A DNA stretch of 64,000 bases, from NCBI RefSeq assembly GCF_037042905.1, contig NC_087246.1, positions 9,426,001-9,490,000 of the forward strand. Reading direction: 5' to 3'. Each line of letters begins with the position of its first letter. Within the stretch, counting starts at the first letter, position 1. The position numbers were made by a program, and so were the translations under genes. Source of the stretch: Lytechinus pictus (lineage: Eukaryota). The notes below the pieces were generated by a model. That model worked only from the letters and a program-made list of their open reading frames with translations. It made no database searches and had not been told where the DNA came from. Shown here piece by piece: positions 38,490-52,400 of this stretch.

Positions 38490-38706
38490 TATATTATTTC
38501 ATGTAATATATTAGAAGAAGGAAAGTGGGGACATGACATCTGCCCACCTATTCCATATGACTGTATGCTATAACTTTTTTTCACAAAATATTGCTAAACC
38601 TAAAATTTCATAACTTTGCTATATCACATTCTATTTTTAGTATTTTGTACAGTGAATTTCACTCTATTTCTTTTTAGATAGACTTATTTTCTGCTGAAGT
38701 ACCCCT
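38490..38706. mobile_element. Truncated K2 MITE fragment
   Basis: GGAAAGTGGGGACATGACATC...ACCCCT|TTAA matches the 3' third of 31483-32086. Confidence 0.65.
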
Positions 38707-41700
38707 TTAAGACAGGGTTTTTTTCAATTGCAAAGTTCTATGCAATTGTCCCAACGTCCCAGGTAAAATTTGTCCAGATTCCTTCATTTCCAAAGTCCAC
38801 CCCTGCCCCTGTTTTCGCTGCATTTTCCATTACAAAGTGCATTGATGTCACAGTCAAGTCTAATGCGATTGACCCTGAAATCAACTTTTTGAATATTACA
38901 AAAATTCAAAAATATAACAGTGAAGGCATAGATAGCACCTATATTACTTTTAATACTCAATAAAACAACAGCTATGCTTTACTTGGGACTTACGATTAAA
39001 CTCGGACACAAGCATTGATAATTGATCTAAGTATGATATTTTAAACATGCCCAGGAGGACTCTCTTCTATATACCACATGACATTGAACTCCAATCCCTT
39101 AGTAGGACGATCTGAAGTGATTTTAATTCTCCCCTCTCTATCATTGATCAATTTTGAATTGACGAGGTTATAATCATTTAATATATCAGGGAGGTTGTGA
39201 GTGAAAAAGAAAATGGATACCCATCCAAGCTAAGTTCCTGTTTGACGTGGCAGTTATATGTATTGATGACATCACCTACTGTGGGAGATGCATGATTTCT
39301 GGAAGAGAGGTGGGAGGGTGTAGTGCTGAGGTAAATGGAAGTTGGAAGAATGAATGCTTTAATAGATTATATTAGATAATGTTTTGGAGTCAGGAGCTGA
39401 CAAATTATCAGCCAGTATATAAAGTACACTAAGATTGTCATTGACTTGACAGTCGTGTTGATGATATATCTATCGCATTGGTATACATCATAAAGATGTG
39501 TTATATTCATAGCATTGGTGTTAACATGGAGCTAACACAGTGTTATAAATATGAAATCAGTAGCAATGAAGGTTTGTTCTGTGTGTTAGCAATTGATGTT
39601 GTCGATGTTGTTTGAACTGTTGATTGCTTCAAGATTCCAGCAGTCATACAAACATGTACAGTCCCCATCTTTGTTTAATTGAAACAAATGTTCATATACT
39701 TAATAGAGTAGGGTTTTAGAAATCAACACTACTCAAATCCTTGTCATTATTCATACCTGTGGTTCTAAAACAGGGGAATAGCTTCCTGTAATTTCATGTT
39801 TATAATCCTAATTTTTCAATTCATGCACTGATCAGGAAGGTAATATTTGTTTCAGGGGTTGGGGGAAATTTATTCAACTTCCCTGTGATGATGACACACT
39901 TTAGTGTTTTAACACATCATGTTTGGAGCATTACCCCTTTTTTCAGAGAGTCAAGAAATAGACTAGTGAGGGGGTAGAAATTCCTCCAGAAATTATTTGA
40001 TTGAAAAAGTGTCTTTGATATGTTGGGGCAATTTCTCCATTTGCCCCTTAGGTCATCCTTGCTTTGGTAAGTTTTACCGAATTTCCTGTCATCGGACTGG
40101 GGCTTTATGGTGTATTGTTCTGGTGAGATAACAGCCCCGATATCATGATCACCAGCCCCAAACTCTGCAACTGATTTCCCTGTGAAGAACCTCTGCGTGC
40201 ATACAGACCAATAAAATGTCCTTTCGTTTGTTTGTACCAGGAAATTTGGCCCCGAAAGATGGGCAGGAAGTCACCGTGATCCCTTCCTGGAGTTGAGATC
40301 ATGTCCTTGCAGATTGGCCTTCTTTCCTTAGAAGGGGAGGGGATGTACGTGCAAACAATCAAACACTGGTACCAGTCATTAGTTTAGAACTTCAGGAGTG
40401 TGTTCGTTAATTATCTAGGAATATTACATGTACAGTTTAAGAGGCTTTGGCATTAATATTTACTTGATATATTGTGGTCATTTCATTCTTTGGGCAGTTC
40501 CTCAAGTTTGACACAATAGAAAGTTAACTTCTATTTCAAGATCATATTCTTGGGTATTCCTGACTTGAGGACCTGTAGGCTGTAATGTACATCCTTACCC
40601 TAACCTTAACCCAACTAGACCCCATCAAATTTTCTTAGCCATCATATTGTAGCCATTAGATTAGATGTAAGTATGAAAAAAAAATTGTGGGGACTCAGGC
40701 GATTTAGTTCCCAAAAAGCTCTAAACAGTCTTGGAAAATTACAGAAAAAGAGCCCTTGAAATTCCTAGTCACTATTCACTGCAATGTAAAAGTTTAGCAA
40801 ATTTCGATAATTTAGGCAGTAAGTTGTGAAAAGTAGCACCCCCCAAAAAAAACAAAAAAAAAAGAGAATAACTTATTGACTGGATGTCAATTTGTAGTTG
40901 CTTTGAATTCTGTTTCTTAATCAGAAGTTTAGAGGTTCAAGGATTGCCCCTGAACCAAATCATATATCTCTCCAGCTGCTTGTCTATTAAATAGGTAGGT
41001 GTTTCAAATAGCTGTTCATTAGTTAAGATCGATTTCAAGAAAGACTGATGAATTTTGCTTACGCACTAAAATAATCACCAATGAACATTCAGTGGTAAAT
41101 ATCATTTACCACAAGAAAGGATCACCACATTCACCAGTCATTCTTAAAGTCACTCTTAACTTAGAACAGCTTTATGAAATGGCCCAAGAACTAAGTACAA
41201 TATATTCTGTTTCTCTAATGTTCATACTATGGACATGGACTTTGCCAGATTCAGGATGTGTTTCAGTGGAAATGAAATGGATTTGCCTTAAAAGTGTAAT
41301 CTGAGGTTCTTTGTATTTCCGATAAATGGATGTAGCAATTGGAATCAAAATGATGTTTTTCCCCCCAACTCTTCATGATAAAAGTGTTTGAGGGGTGAGA
41401 AAGAGAGAGGAGGGAGAGAAGGGGAGAGTACATGTAGGTAGCGATATATAGAGATGGAGTGGAGGATTTGAAGGATCAATTATGGTATAGGAATAGAGGA
41501 AGGAGCATGGAGGTGAAATGTAATGTTGTGGCATTAGCATGGACACTACCAAATAGAGTAGAGGATCATTGTCGTAAGGGTGCTACCACTGGAGAAGGAG
41601 AGGGAATGGTTTAAAAGCTATTTTGTCATATATTATTTCACTTTGCGGTGGTATATGATATCTGGTTAGCTTTAAATGCGGAACTTCCCCATTTTCATGG

Positions 41701-42038
41701 TGATGTATGTCATGGGGTAATAATCCACCCTGTCATGTTTTGACTCAAAGTAATGAAACAAACCACTATACGATTGAACTGTGAAGGAACTAATTCCAGC
41801 CCCCCCCCCCTTTTCCGGCTGTAGAAAGAAGATAGCAGTATCAACTTGCTTGCATTTTGAAACCAGGACATCCTTAGACCTATGGTAGAACATAAAGGTC
41901 TCGTTTGACTCAGGAAGCAGGAAGGGTCGGGATCTCTGGTGGTAGGCAGTTGAATAGATGGGGCTTGCTTCCTGATGTCTAGCTAGTCTTCCTACCCCAG
42001 GCTCTTACTTGCAGTGATCTATCATGTTGGAAGGGAAA

Positions 42039-42590
42039 CCCAGGGGGCCACTTGCATTGACGAGTGGATACCATGCGCGACCAAAAAAAAACATGTAGAA
42101 AAGATGACTTTTTCAAGATAGGGCACGTTACGTACGTAATGTAATAAGGGTGTCAAAAACACTAAAATAATGATAAAAGGGTATCTTTTTTTGCTAGGCC
42201 TAGGAAAGCTATGTGTTTAGGGTCAAATGTGCGAGGGTATAACTATAAAAAAGATTAATATAAAGGATTTACATTTTGCTCCAACGTGTTTAGAGTCCGA
42301 TTTGCGGGAGGTGGGGCCGTACTAAACCCAATGATGTAGGTAAAGGTAAAACCGAAGTCCGTGACATATATAACAATTAAAACATCGCTGTACCTGTTTA
42401 GGGGTTCAATTCAGACAATTCTTGCCAAGGGTATCGTTTTGTTTCCAATACTTGTTAAGGGTAGGGTTTCACACGCCAATACTTGTTAAGGGGTGCATTT
42501 CAGAATATGAAAACTACTTGTTTAGTGTGCTTTTGGAGACCCCATGGCCGCGCATGGTATCCACTCGTCAATGGAAGTGGCCCCTCCGGG
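42039..42590. mobile_element. MITE with CCC...GGG termini and 2-bp TSD (CMC/EnSpm-like, tentative)
   Basis: GGGGCCACTTGCATTGACGAGTGGATACCATGCGCG mirrored at about 42549-42584; AA on both flanks. Confidence 0.82.
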
Positions 42591-45412
42591 AAGGAAAAGC
42601 AAGTAAATATGTTTCCAGGGAGGGAATGTGCTTTCTTGTCTGGGGTTTCTAATTGCCTTAACTGTTACTCTACTTAGTCTGTTTTTTTTCTTGAAAATTG
42701 TGCTAGTTAGTACATTTTCTTTCAGGTTAAAACATATCTTTACCCTGTTTAAGAAGAATACTAAAGTCATGACAAATAATACTTGCAAAATGCTCAAATT
42801 TAGAGACAATACATAGGCCTACATAATCAAATTGAAATTTTAATAATTTTTATTGAAATGATGAATATTTTGGTATTGTATGATTTGTATATTTTTTAAT
42901 GTGAAACTGGGGTATGACTTTGTGGAAGTCAATTAATAGAGCAGGATGACCAAGGCAACAGTCCCTTTATAAGCACTCAACTGTTATCCTTGTATTCTTC
43001 GTCCACTTAATTTTTCAAAGGTCAGTGCTATTAGTGACCTCTAGGCTTATTTTTTGTTGTTGCTGTATGGTGTTAGCAGAGAAGACACAGGCAGATAGTT
43101 ATGATTTTCCACTCTGTCCCTGATTTTAATTAATTATTGTTTCAGGTTAAAATAAAATGATGATGGGGCACCTTTGCCATTAAAGAGGTGCTGGAACTTT
43201 TATGCGGCAGTATGAAATATGAAAAGAGATTGCTTTTTAATTTTCACCCTGTTTGCAAAATGTTGAAGAAACATGTCTGGACAAACGCTGCCACATGTAT
43301 GGATGTACAGGGTTTATGTTTTTATATGACAAATTGTAGGACTACATATTTCATTTGAATAGTATTGCTTTTTTGTTGCCTGTCAGACAAACTTCATTTA
43401 AAACATAAGTGTATTTTCCATGTAAAGTAAACCCCTTTTTATGCATTTGCTTTACATGTTGGAGGCAAAGGGTATTCTCATACTAAAATACAAACTGAGA
43501 TCTAAATAGAGATTAACAAATAACTGCTTCTTCCCTTTTCAAAAACTGAATTCTGTAATTTCCAATATTGTTTAAAACTCTGTAAAGTTGTACCTGTCAA
43601 TGACCTGTGAAATTGTTCTTTTTGTCAGAAAAATCAGTCTCATTATTAAGCTCCCAACAAGCAGGGGGTTAACTATTACTGCTCGTACGTTTTAAGCGGC
43701 CATGGTGAGAGAGGCCCTGGCCCCCTGAAGAGCCCCATTTAACTCTTATAAAATGTCCTATCCCAGCTTGAAAGTGATCGCCCGTTACATAGCTATCAGT
43801 CTTGCCACACAGCAGATGCATGCAATTTTACACCGTAAGTGAGTTTTTAAACAATTTCCAAATGAATTTTAGCATCGGGCCATGGAAGGAGAGGAAGAGC
43901 GTGCAGTGTTTTGATATGCAGCGTGCAACGATCATGTTTCATACAGAGTAGCGCACATATTTCCAGCCAGCCAAGGAAAAGAGATGCTTACCAGGAGGCG
44001 ATTCTTCACTAAACACAATATTTGCTCACCAAGTTTACTCCTACTCGAGAAGAAAAATTTGGAGTTTTGTTTTTCTTTGGCACGCTACAGGGGGAAGGGA
44101 GTGCAGGTTGCGCTGGGCTCGAAGTAAGGTTAAGCAGTGTTAGATTTCTCTTTGCGATATGAAATCAGAGTTGATATCTTGTTGTCTGAGTGAATTAGGG
44201 AGTCAAATTCAGGAAGTGCTATAGATAGGAATTAAAATGGAATGTTTTCTTTTGATCAGGAAAGGGATTTTGTGGTGGAATAAATTAGAGACACAATGAA
44301 TAATTCACTCGTATTTCATCTCATTCTTGTATAAAGAAATGAAAACTTTTTAAGGTTGTCTTTTTGAGGTTCCATCATAAAGCTTTCAAGAAAATTCCTA
44401 GACATATTAAAACATAAAGGTATAGTTTGCAGAAACTTCATATTTTATTTGTCATTCTTTTCAAGAAATTAATAAACAGACATGAATATTCCTTTGTTGG
44501 AACTTAAAAAGCTTACAAAAGTCAAGAACAAAACATTGAAATTTGCATTTACATTTTTCAGTGTTGCAGATCACGCACATATTACGTAACTTAGGGTTGT
44601 ACTCATACAAAGTTTCCTCATTTATATAATTGTTTTGGAAACTGTATAGAGTATTTGTTTATAAAGAATTTCTCCTCTTTAATAAGAATACATGTATATT
44701 GATAGAGTTAAGAAATTGTCATTTGAACTATACAACATTCCAGTTGATATTTTTTTAAAGATAAAACTTTCTTAATACAAATTATTAATATTGTCTCAAG
44801 CAAGTAGCAGGGAAAGAAATAGAGCTAACACAATTACAAAGAAAGGGGGAAAAAGAAGATCTTGAAATTGTGGTGAAAGACCGCCGCCATACGTCTGTAC
44901 TTGTATTTTTTTATCAGATTGTAGAAAAATGAATTAACTTCAAACCTGAAAGATATTAAGTCAAATAAGTAAATTACTAATCTGAAAGACAGATTTGTTA
45001 AACTTTGTTGGGTCTGATGATTGAAAAACACAACTGTACATTTGAATCATCACCTTGGTATCCCACTTATGAAAACATGCAATGAGCAGTTTCACTCAGA
45101 TTAAGAGAGACAGTATATGAATGAAAAAAAGAGGAAATCAAACAAATAAAGAGTTGAATATATATACATTTAAATGTATGAGCCTCGTCACACTCACCAT
45201 TCATGAATAAGAGTAAGATGTTAACTTTTGGATGGAAACCACAAACCTGATTTTTATTTGTCAGTGACTCACCATCTACTGAAGATGAAGGTGGAAAGAA
45301 AATGGAAGTGATTAACCAACAAAAAAAAATCTGAATTCTGACTTCTAAACTACATGTATGCAATTCCCAACTAGACTTGGTACAGGAAATACATAGCAAT
45401 GTGTTTGATTAA

Positions 45413-46005
45413 AGGGATAATCGGGGCTGAAACTATTATATCCAAATAAATAGAGTAAAATCCACAAAGCAAAATGCTGAAAATTTCATCAAAATCGGAC
45501 AACAAATAACAAAGTTATTGAATATTAAAGTTTAGCGATATTTTGTGAAAATAGTTATATACACGTCATCATGAATATTCATTAAGTGGGCTGATGATGT
45601 CACATCCCCGCTTTCCTTTTTCTTATGTTATTATATGAAATCATAATTGTTCAATTTTTTCATATGTGTGAATAATGTGTCTCCTTTATAATGAAATAAG
45701 TTGCAGCAATGAATATCTAATGCACTAAATCAGTTGTCAATCCATTTTTTTCAGTTCGTGGTAGAAAAAAATTAAATGAACCTAATTTCATATAGTAAAA
45801 TGGAAAATGAACAAGTGGGGATATGACATCATCAAGTTGCTCATTGAATATTCATGAAGACATGCCTACATGTAGAACTGTTTTACCGGAATAATGCTAA
45901 TCTTTAAAGTGCCATAACTTTCTTATTCCTAGTCCGATTTTGATCAAATTTTCAGTTTTTTCTTTATCTGTTTAAATCATATTATTCTCAGCCTTGGGCA
46001 TCCCT
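45413..46005. mobile_element. Kolobok-like MITE, family K2 (intact copy)
   Basis: TTAA|AGGGATAATCGGGGCTGA...CAGCCTTGGGCATCCCT|TTAT. Confidence 0.85.
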
Positions 46006-46154
46006 TTATTAAGGAACAGCAACAACATCAACAGCCAAACAAACAAACAAACATACAGACCAACAGACAATCATCCATAGAATCACTAAGAAAGACAACT
46101 ATTAAAAACCCATTCATTAATAAAAGTTTAGGAATTCTAATGTATCAAAGTTAA

Positions 46155-47392
46155 CAGGCCTCTACAAAATTTTTTTTCATCACTTGCGCTGTCGGGCAAG
46201 TGATGAAAAAATTTGCTTGCCCGAAAGAAAACTGCTTGCCCAATATGTTTTATAATTTCATTATGACGGCATGATTATTTTTAAAGGTCATACAAAATAA
46301 CAACAATTGAGAATCATGTATGGTATAAAAGAACATGAAAATGAAAAAACTTTTTGCATTTATAAATGGGCGTTTTAAGGTTTAAAAAAAAAACCTTAAC
46401 CAAAAGTTGCAAAAATTTCATATTTTGCATCTTTAAATCCACGGAATGTTTATCTGTTTGTCTTATTTCCTTAGAATTGTTTTGATTTATTGGAAACTAT
46501 TAAGAAAGCCAGTGAAAAATATTCAGCTCTTTATTGACTCTGAAAAAGATCGTTTTATGATGTTTAAAAAAAAAAAAAAAATCCTCAAAAAACAAAAAGT
46601 GGAGTGGCTAAAATTTCACATTTTGCTTCTTTAAATCCATGAAATGGTCATTTATTTTCCATATTTCCTTGAATTTTTTTTATTAGTTGGAAACTATCAA
46701 GAAAATTAAGAATATTTACCTCTCTCTTGTCTTTTCTTCATCATTTTATGATGTTACACTCGGTCAATATTTTTTTTAATTATAGTCCCACATGTAGACT
46801 TTCATGTTTTTTTTCATGCATTATGAAAGTCTACATGTGGGACCACCGGACCACAATAACAAAAAACATTTACCGAGTGTAAGCATCATCATAAATCAGT
46901 CAAGAAAGAGAGTCAAGAAAGAGCTAAATAATCTTCATTTTTTCAGTAGTTTCCAACTAAATCAAAACAATTTCAAGGTAATATGGAAAATAGATGGCCA
47001 TTTCATGGATTTTTGCAAAATGTGAAATTTTAGCCACTTTTGGTGTTTTTTTTTTTTGGTTTGCATCAGCAAATTGCGCAAGATAGTAGCGCATGCGCAG
47101 TCATGGCACATATAGAACGTAAGATGCGATGGCACGGTTTTTCGAACGAGGTACCTGGCGATAAATTATTGGTAATTGGCGCTGATTTTACATCAGTTTC
47201 TACTGTTTTTTTATTGGTTTGACATGATATGAAAGATAGTTGTGACTATCCAAAAGATATTGAAATTTAGATGGTCTAATGATATTTTTATTTCCAAAAC
47301 AACCACTTGCCCGATCGGGCAATTGACTTTGAGAAATGCTTGCCCGCACGTCATTTTCACTTGCCCCGGGCAAGCGGGTTTGTCGCGCCCTG
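46155..47392. mobile_element. hAT-like non-autonomous element
   Basis: Ends CAGGCCTCTACAAA / TTTGTCGCGCCCTG; subterminal CTTGCCCG/CGGGCAAG repeats; degenerate TSD AAAGTTAA / AAAGTATT. Confidence 0.7.
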
Positions 47393-48720
47393 AAAGTATT
47401 TATGTTTTGATTATTATCCCCACTGATTTGCAGCGTGGTTTTTATCAGTTACTGCAATTTCACCTTCCCCCAAAAAAATATTTTAACAAAAACCTTGTAA
47501 ATGAATATTTAGGACAATAAACAATCATAATTCTCAGAAAGCTATATTTTATAGATGTACATACAGTATTCAAATGGATATGTTCTTTTGGCTTATTAGT
47601 TAACTTTTGTTTATCAGTTATTCATCATCTACCTAAGATAAGAAAAATACAATTAAACACAGCAACCTATATTCAACATGAGGGAATGAAAATAAAATCA
47701 AGTATAGCTGAAGTGAAATTGAAAGCAACAAGTTCACTTTTGAATCATTATTCTGGGGTTCCTGAAATAATGTGTCTCCTTCAGTAATTCTCAATCTACT
47801 AAAGACGAAGTAATTCATTTTACATCTAGAGGAATCTTTATCTAAATGTAGTTCTGCACAGATTTATTGTAAATTATGCATGTCTGCAAAGTATTTTTTA
47901 TTTTTCAACATATAAAATCTATTTTGTAAAATCCCTTGACTTTTCTTATTTTTCTGCACATCACCATGTTATAATTAATAGAACTTTGAGACCGCAACTT
48001 TGTAAAGTACACCATATTCCTGTTTTGAACATAGATATTTCAGATTCACAAACAATTTTTTGCAAGATCTTTAGCATTCATTGTTAATCAAAATACAAAT
48101 TTAAAATGCTTAAACATACATTATATTTGATCAAATTACAAGTATTGCATTTTGATTACAATGACAACAGAAGTTCAAACAAATATGTGACAGAGTAGAA
48201 ACCAATGTACCAGGCTGAGAAATAACACAGTTTTAAATTTTATGGTTACTCTATTTGTTCCCTTTTCCCGTCATGTACATTTAGTAAGGGTTACTTAAAG
48301 GCAAATAAATCTAGAAGATTGTGTAATAAAATATTGAGTGATTTTAAGCTTACAATAGCATTTGATATTCCTTTTTTAATTGACAATATTTGATAAGACA
48401 GACATGAACTCCTTCCAAACATGAAACATCCCTTTTTGCTTCTATAAATAGGTAGAAAACAAAAGGGAGAAATTAAGTATTCATATTTAACCTTTTTCTT
48501 AAATTGCATTAATAGAACACATCAATATTTATTTCACTGCCATGGTCGAGTATTTATTGGACACATTTCTATTTCTTTTACTGCATAACTATGAAATTGT
48601 GTATTTGGGATAATAACCAAGCTTCTTGGAAAATTTCATCTTTTTGACAAGATCAAAGAACAAGAGTGTAATTTCATGCCAAAAACAGTCCCACAAGGGT
48701 TTTATTCTTGATTTTAACAG

Positions 48721-49424
48721 GAATGATCTTGGAGAGATATGTATTTGCTTCCAATCGTATTGAAATTAATATTTCAATACAATGCTGGTTTTTTGGAAAG
48801 TTTTGCAACATTTGATAATGCCAAGAGCATCCGAGAAGGTCTTGTCGTCGTCTGCGCGGCAAACCCTCGACGGAGCCGTCCGTGGGAGAGGATATTTTCC
48901 TGGGGATGATTGTTTTGGGTGAGTTTGACAGTGAAATGATACTAATATTCTCATGGCAAACTATCAATGTTTGATAACTAGTAGAGGTATGATAGCAAAG
49001 CCAGGCGACCCATCTGCAGAAGAATCGTAACCCAAGACTGACATTGCTCCACTCGGCGTAAGCTACACTAGTGAAAAGTGTTTGTAAGACGTGTCGTACA
49101 TCGATACTAACGATCTGGAAAACTTCAAAATTTGTGCGCAGCATTGGGACTGGCATTGAAACACAAGCTGGGGGGTGCAAGCAACAAAAACGGGGGTGAC
49201 AATGATTTGTTTCATATGATGTAGTCTACCATCTGATGAAGAGGAAGGAGACATTTTAGGTTTATTTGCGCCAAGTTTTGTGTTTCATATTTCGGTTCAG
49301 AGAGAAGGAAGAATCAAAAGGGTTGGATTGAAAATCGGACAGGAGCTCAATTTGTTTTTTGCACTCATCCATGAGACGTTGTGCAGCATGGAAGTTTTTG
49401 AATTGGAGTTTTGTTTGAGGAGAG
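48721..49424 (+). other. Candidate exon: long 5' UTR with upstream ORFs, ending in short coding MEVFELEFCLRR (49388-49424)
   Basis: Acceptor TTTATTCTTGATTTTAACAG ending 48720; donor AG|GTAAGT at 49424/49425; CpG-richer than flanks; phase 1 like the exon at 27053. Confidence 0.45.
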
Positions 49425-52400
49425 GTAAGTACATGGTGAAAGGGAATATACCCGCTCAGGATTCCGGTTTCTTGTTTTCGTGCCGACCTGTGAGTTCTCC
49501 CTCCCTTTCCCCTTATCTTCATGTAGTCTCTCCCCTAGCAAGACTTGAGAGAGGGAGGACATGAAATACAGTCACTTAGCTGTTCAGACACGGTCCACTG
49601 AAACCCCATCTCGACAAAACACCTTCGCCTTGATGAGCTGGGGTGCACATCGCAGGGAAAACGGACCCTGCTCTCGGGCTCGGGTTTCGGTGGCTAATCA
49701 ACTCGACTGGCGATTGTTTCGTGTAACCCACACCCACTCCCACAACATTGGTTCTAACTCGACACTGGCCGAATTCTCCCCCGTCTATGGGTTCGTTCGA
49801 TGGGCGAACCCTGCTGTGGTTCGATTCACAAAAGCTGGACCTTGGTGGCCACTCATTTTCTCAGTTCATTAATAGTCTATGCTGTCTTTGGCTAATGGTC
49901 AGCTATTAAATGGAGGAAGTCTTTGTATCAAGACTTTCTTGAATGACAAACACATGTGGAATGCTCTTGCCAAACATTGTGTGTAGGCCCATACATGCCT
50001 TTCTGGATGCAGTGACTGTTACCTTCAGCAAATTCAAATCAATGTCTGATAATTGTGGGGATTTCAAAATTTTACAGCAAATATCAATACTTTAGGTACA
50101 TCAACATGTCCCAATTACTTTGCAATAGTTTCTTCCTCAATACTTTGTCAGGATCAGAATGTTGCATTTATTAATTGTATTGCTGTTAGTTTGAAAGATT
50201 TTGTGGAACTGTCATTAGAAATATACATTTAAGTAGATGGTGGTGCTTGAAAAATATTTTTTGGGTTTAATAAATTAGTTTTGTTTTTGTACAGAACTGA
50301 GCATGAATATCATTTTCCACCAGATGAAATAACCAATAGTTTTTTAAATATGAATTCATACATGTACATGTATAGTATTATAAGAAATATTCCTTGAATT
50401 GATTTTTATAACGAAACAAACTAAACATGGGATGAGAAATCCATGCATGATGTTTAATGTTGGCTGAAAGCTGGAATGGCTTCAATCAATCCAAGACATG
50501 TAGAGTTACCAACCATCTTTGAATCTCCACCATTTAATACATAATATCTCTGATATACAAATAAACCTGGCGACCTATACATGTATGTTATGATGTAAAT
50601 AAAAGGCTACCTCTCACACATTCGAATAATTATTCATTTCATTGATGTCAGGGACAAAAATGATGACGCAAATGCTTCAAATTACGTGGGGCAAATCCCA
50701 ATGTGTATTCTTTGGAGTTAACTTTTGTATGATTTTTCTTCCCGAAAAGTTGTTTTTTTCGGAGTTTCAAGGTTACCCTGTGTGTTTGGTATTTCTTTTC
50801 ATATTTTTGGATCAGTCAGAAAGACGCCATGCATGAAAAAACTTGGTTGTGAATTCTGCCGTGTCACCCCTGCAAACAACTTTCAAGGCTTGTGTAACCC
50901 AGCGTGAAACCCCCTGAATGGGACTACATGTCACATCGTCAGGTCCCCACTTTCCCACACACACTGTTGCACCCATCCCATCTTTTGATGAATGTCATGT
51001 TCAGGTTGTCTCAGGTCTTTATGTATGTGTACACAACAAGAGGGGAAAAGAGAGATAGAGAGAAAAAAAAATCTAAGTCTGCCTGCCCCCACACTCCCTC
51101 TTTGGATTGTTCCATAGGGCGTGGCTAGGAGGTAGGGCCAATCTTTGACCCCCTCTGGGGCGCTGGGAAAGGTACATATTTACCAAACAAGACATCATTA
51201 CCTTGGCAGCCTTGCAGTATTCTTTCACTAGGCTATTGTTTATCTCTATAGTCTTTTTGCTCCCTGGTATGTTATAGAATAAAGAAAGGGGCTGTGTCTG
51301 TATTAAAATGATATTAAGTAAAGAGATCATTTTTCCAAGCACAATGAAAAATGAAATGGGTTGGGGTTATGCTTGTATAGTGTCAGCTCTCATTTGGGGT
51401 TGGGCATATATACAGATTGTTTTACGGTGATGAGGCATCACACCTTCTTGTACTCTAAGATGTCATTCCACTATAGTTTGACATGTGTGCTACATTTATT
51501 GAATTTTATGATTTAAAGGATAGATTTGTATGAACAATATCATATTATATTCACAACAGACAGTGTCTGTCTATTTTATTTTTATTCTATCTATATTTGA
51601 TAACTTAAATGCAACATACAGTATTTTCCTAATGTACAGTATACAGGATGGTAAATTGCTTTGAGATAAAGTGAAAATAATGTGTTACAATGTTGATTAA
51701 TTAGTGTATACTTTGTGAAATTGTCAGAATGCGAATACTTTTTAGTTGATCTAGCCTTATTTTAGTTTAGACATTCCATTGAGACGGTACTTGTACAGGC
51801 CAAATAATGTTGACTACTTTTTATTAAAATTTGCAGCTTTTTTCTGCATGAAAAAAAATGATAGGATGGGAAGCAAATTGTCCAGGTGAGCTGTGTACAT
51901 GTACATGAGTTTGGAACAAAAAAGGGAGAAAAAGAAAAGTAGGAAATTGACTGATTTAATTAGAAATGAGATAAATATGTCAAAGATGAGAGCAAAAAGT
52001 GGCATGAACTTTGCAAATGTGGGTTAGTACAATCGTCATGACAGGCAATCTTGCTCCTAAAACGTTTAAATAAAGAGTTTCCCGTCTATATGAACAAAGA
52101 TGGTAGATTTTTCAAGAAAGCCAAGAAATTAGGGTAATAGAGTGTAGGGGGATGTGGCATGAAGTTTGAAGGAGATTGAGAAAACAAGAGCCCCCCCTTT
52201 TTTTTCTGATTATATTTTTAGGATCCACTTGGCCTATTTTCATGTGAGTGTCTGACAAAATATGTGGGTCAAGCGTTGGGAAACATTTAATGGTCTCAGA
52301 GTGATACAGGAGGAAAGGTTTTAACGGATTGCTAGAGATTGAATAGCAACGCCTTAGAGAGGGCATCAAGTGGACGTTTCTATTTTTAATTGCCATGGAA

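Noticed and set aside
43984..44127. Short ORF MLTRRRFF... ending near a GTAAGG donor
   Set aside because: Would be phase 2 and has no homology; unsupported without transcript data.
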